Source: Tubulanus polymorphus (Eukaryota > Animalia > Nemertea). Taken from it: DNA of 64,000 nt. The translations under genes and the position numbers were made by a program. Shown here in pieces: positions 63,775-64,000 of this stretch. Position 1 is the stretch's first letter, and each line of letters starts with the position of its first letter. Location: positions 15,844,150 through 15,908,149 of the forward strand of contig NC_134026.1 in NCBI RefSeq assembly GCF_964204645.1, written 5' to 3'. The notes beneath the pieces were generated by a model. The model was not told the origin of the DNA and searched no databases. It saw only the letters and a program-made list of their open reading frames with translations.

Positions 63775-64000
63775 GCATGGCTCAAATCAATTAGCCTTTC
63801 TGCGTGTGAATACTTCACTGTATTGTTTTAAAAATATGCCTATCGTGTGAATTAGTACATAGACTGAATTAGTCTTTAGGCTAGTCCTGACCAAATCCTA
63901 TCCATGTTATAATAGCACCAGTTATAGTAACATCACTGTAGGGCCGACGAGAGGGAAAAAGTTCTGTTTGTAGTACATAGGCATGGTAGGCTTTTCGTAC

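Overview
AT-rich, repeat-dense genomic DNA from an animal, most likely a marine invertebrate (inference from TE repertoire). It is not prokaryotic, and most ORFs in the supplied track are noise. One host gene is recognisable: three spliced exons of ATP synthase subunit e (ATP5ME-like, +, 5730-15031; exon 1 not found). The rest is layered mobile DNA: a near-full-length decayed L2/Crack-type LINE, CR1 and ORF1 fragments, Penelope pieces with hammerhead-like pLTRs, a Helitron, Helentron-type elements (one with 154-bp tandem repeats), and MULE, Harbinger, Tc1/pogo and piggyBac-type MITEs with visible TSDs. The most unusual block is 29.8-40.4 kb. It holds a decayed, intron-containing tyrosine-recombinase-like gene. 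One of its introns contains a one-ended CMC/EnSpm-type arm with a spliced DUF4806-like gene, bracketed by a perfect 229-bp duplication. The 5' end of the recombinase gene abuts a degenerate Maverick/adintovirus structural-gene module. Two inverted repeat pairs flank this block (26.5-29.6/43.6-46.9 kb and 10.75-14.7/59.9-62.5 kb). All family assignments come from motif recognition by eye; no searches were run.
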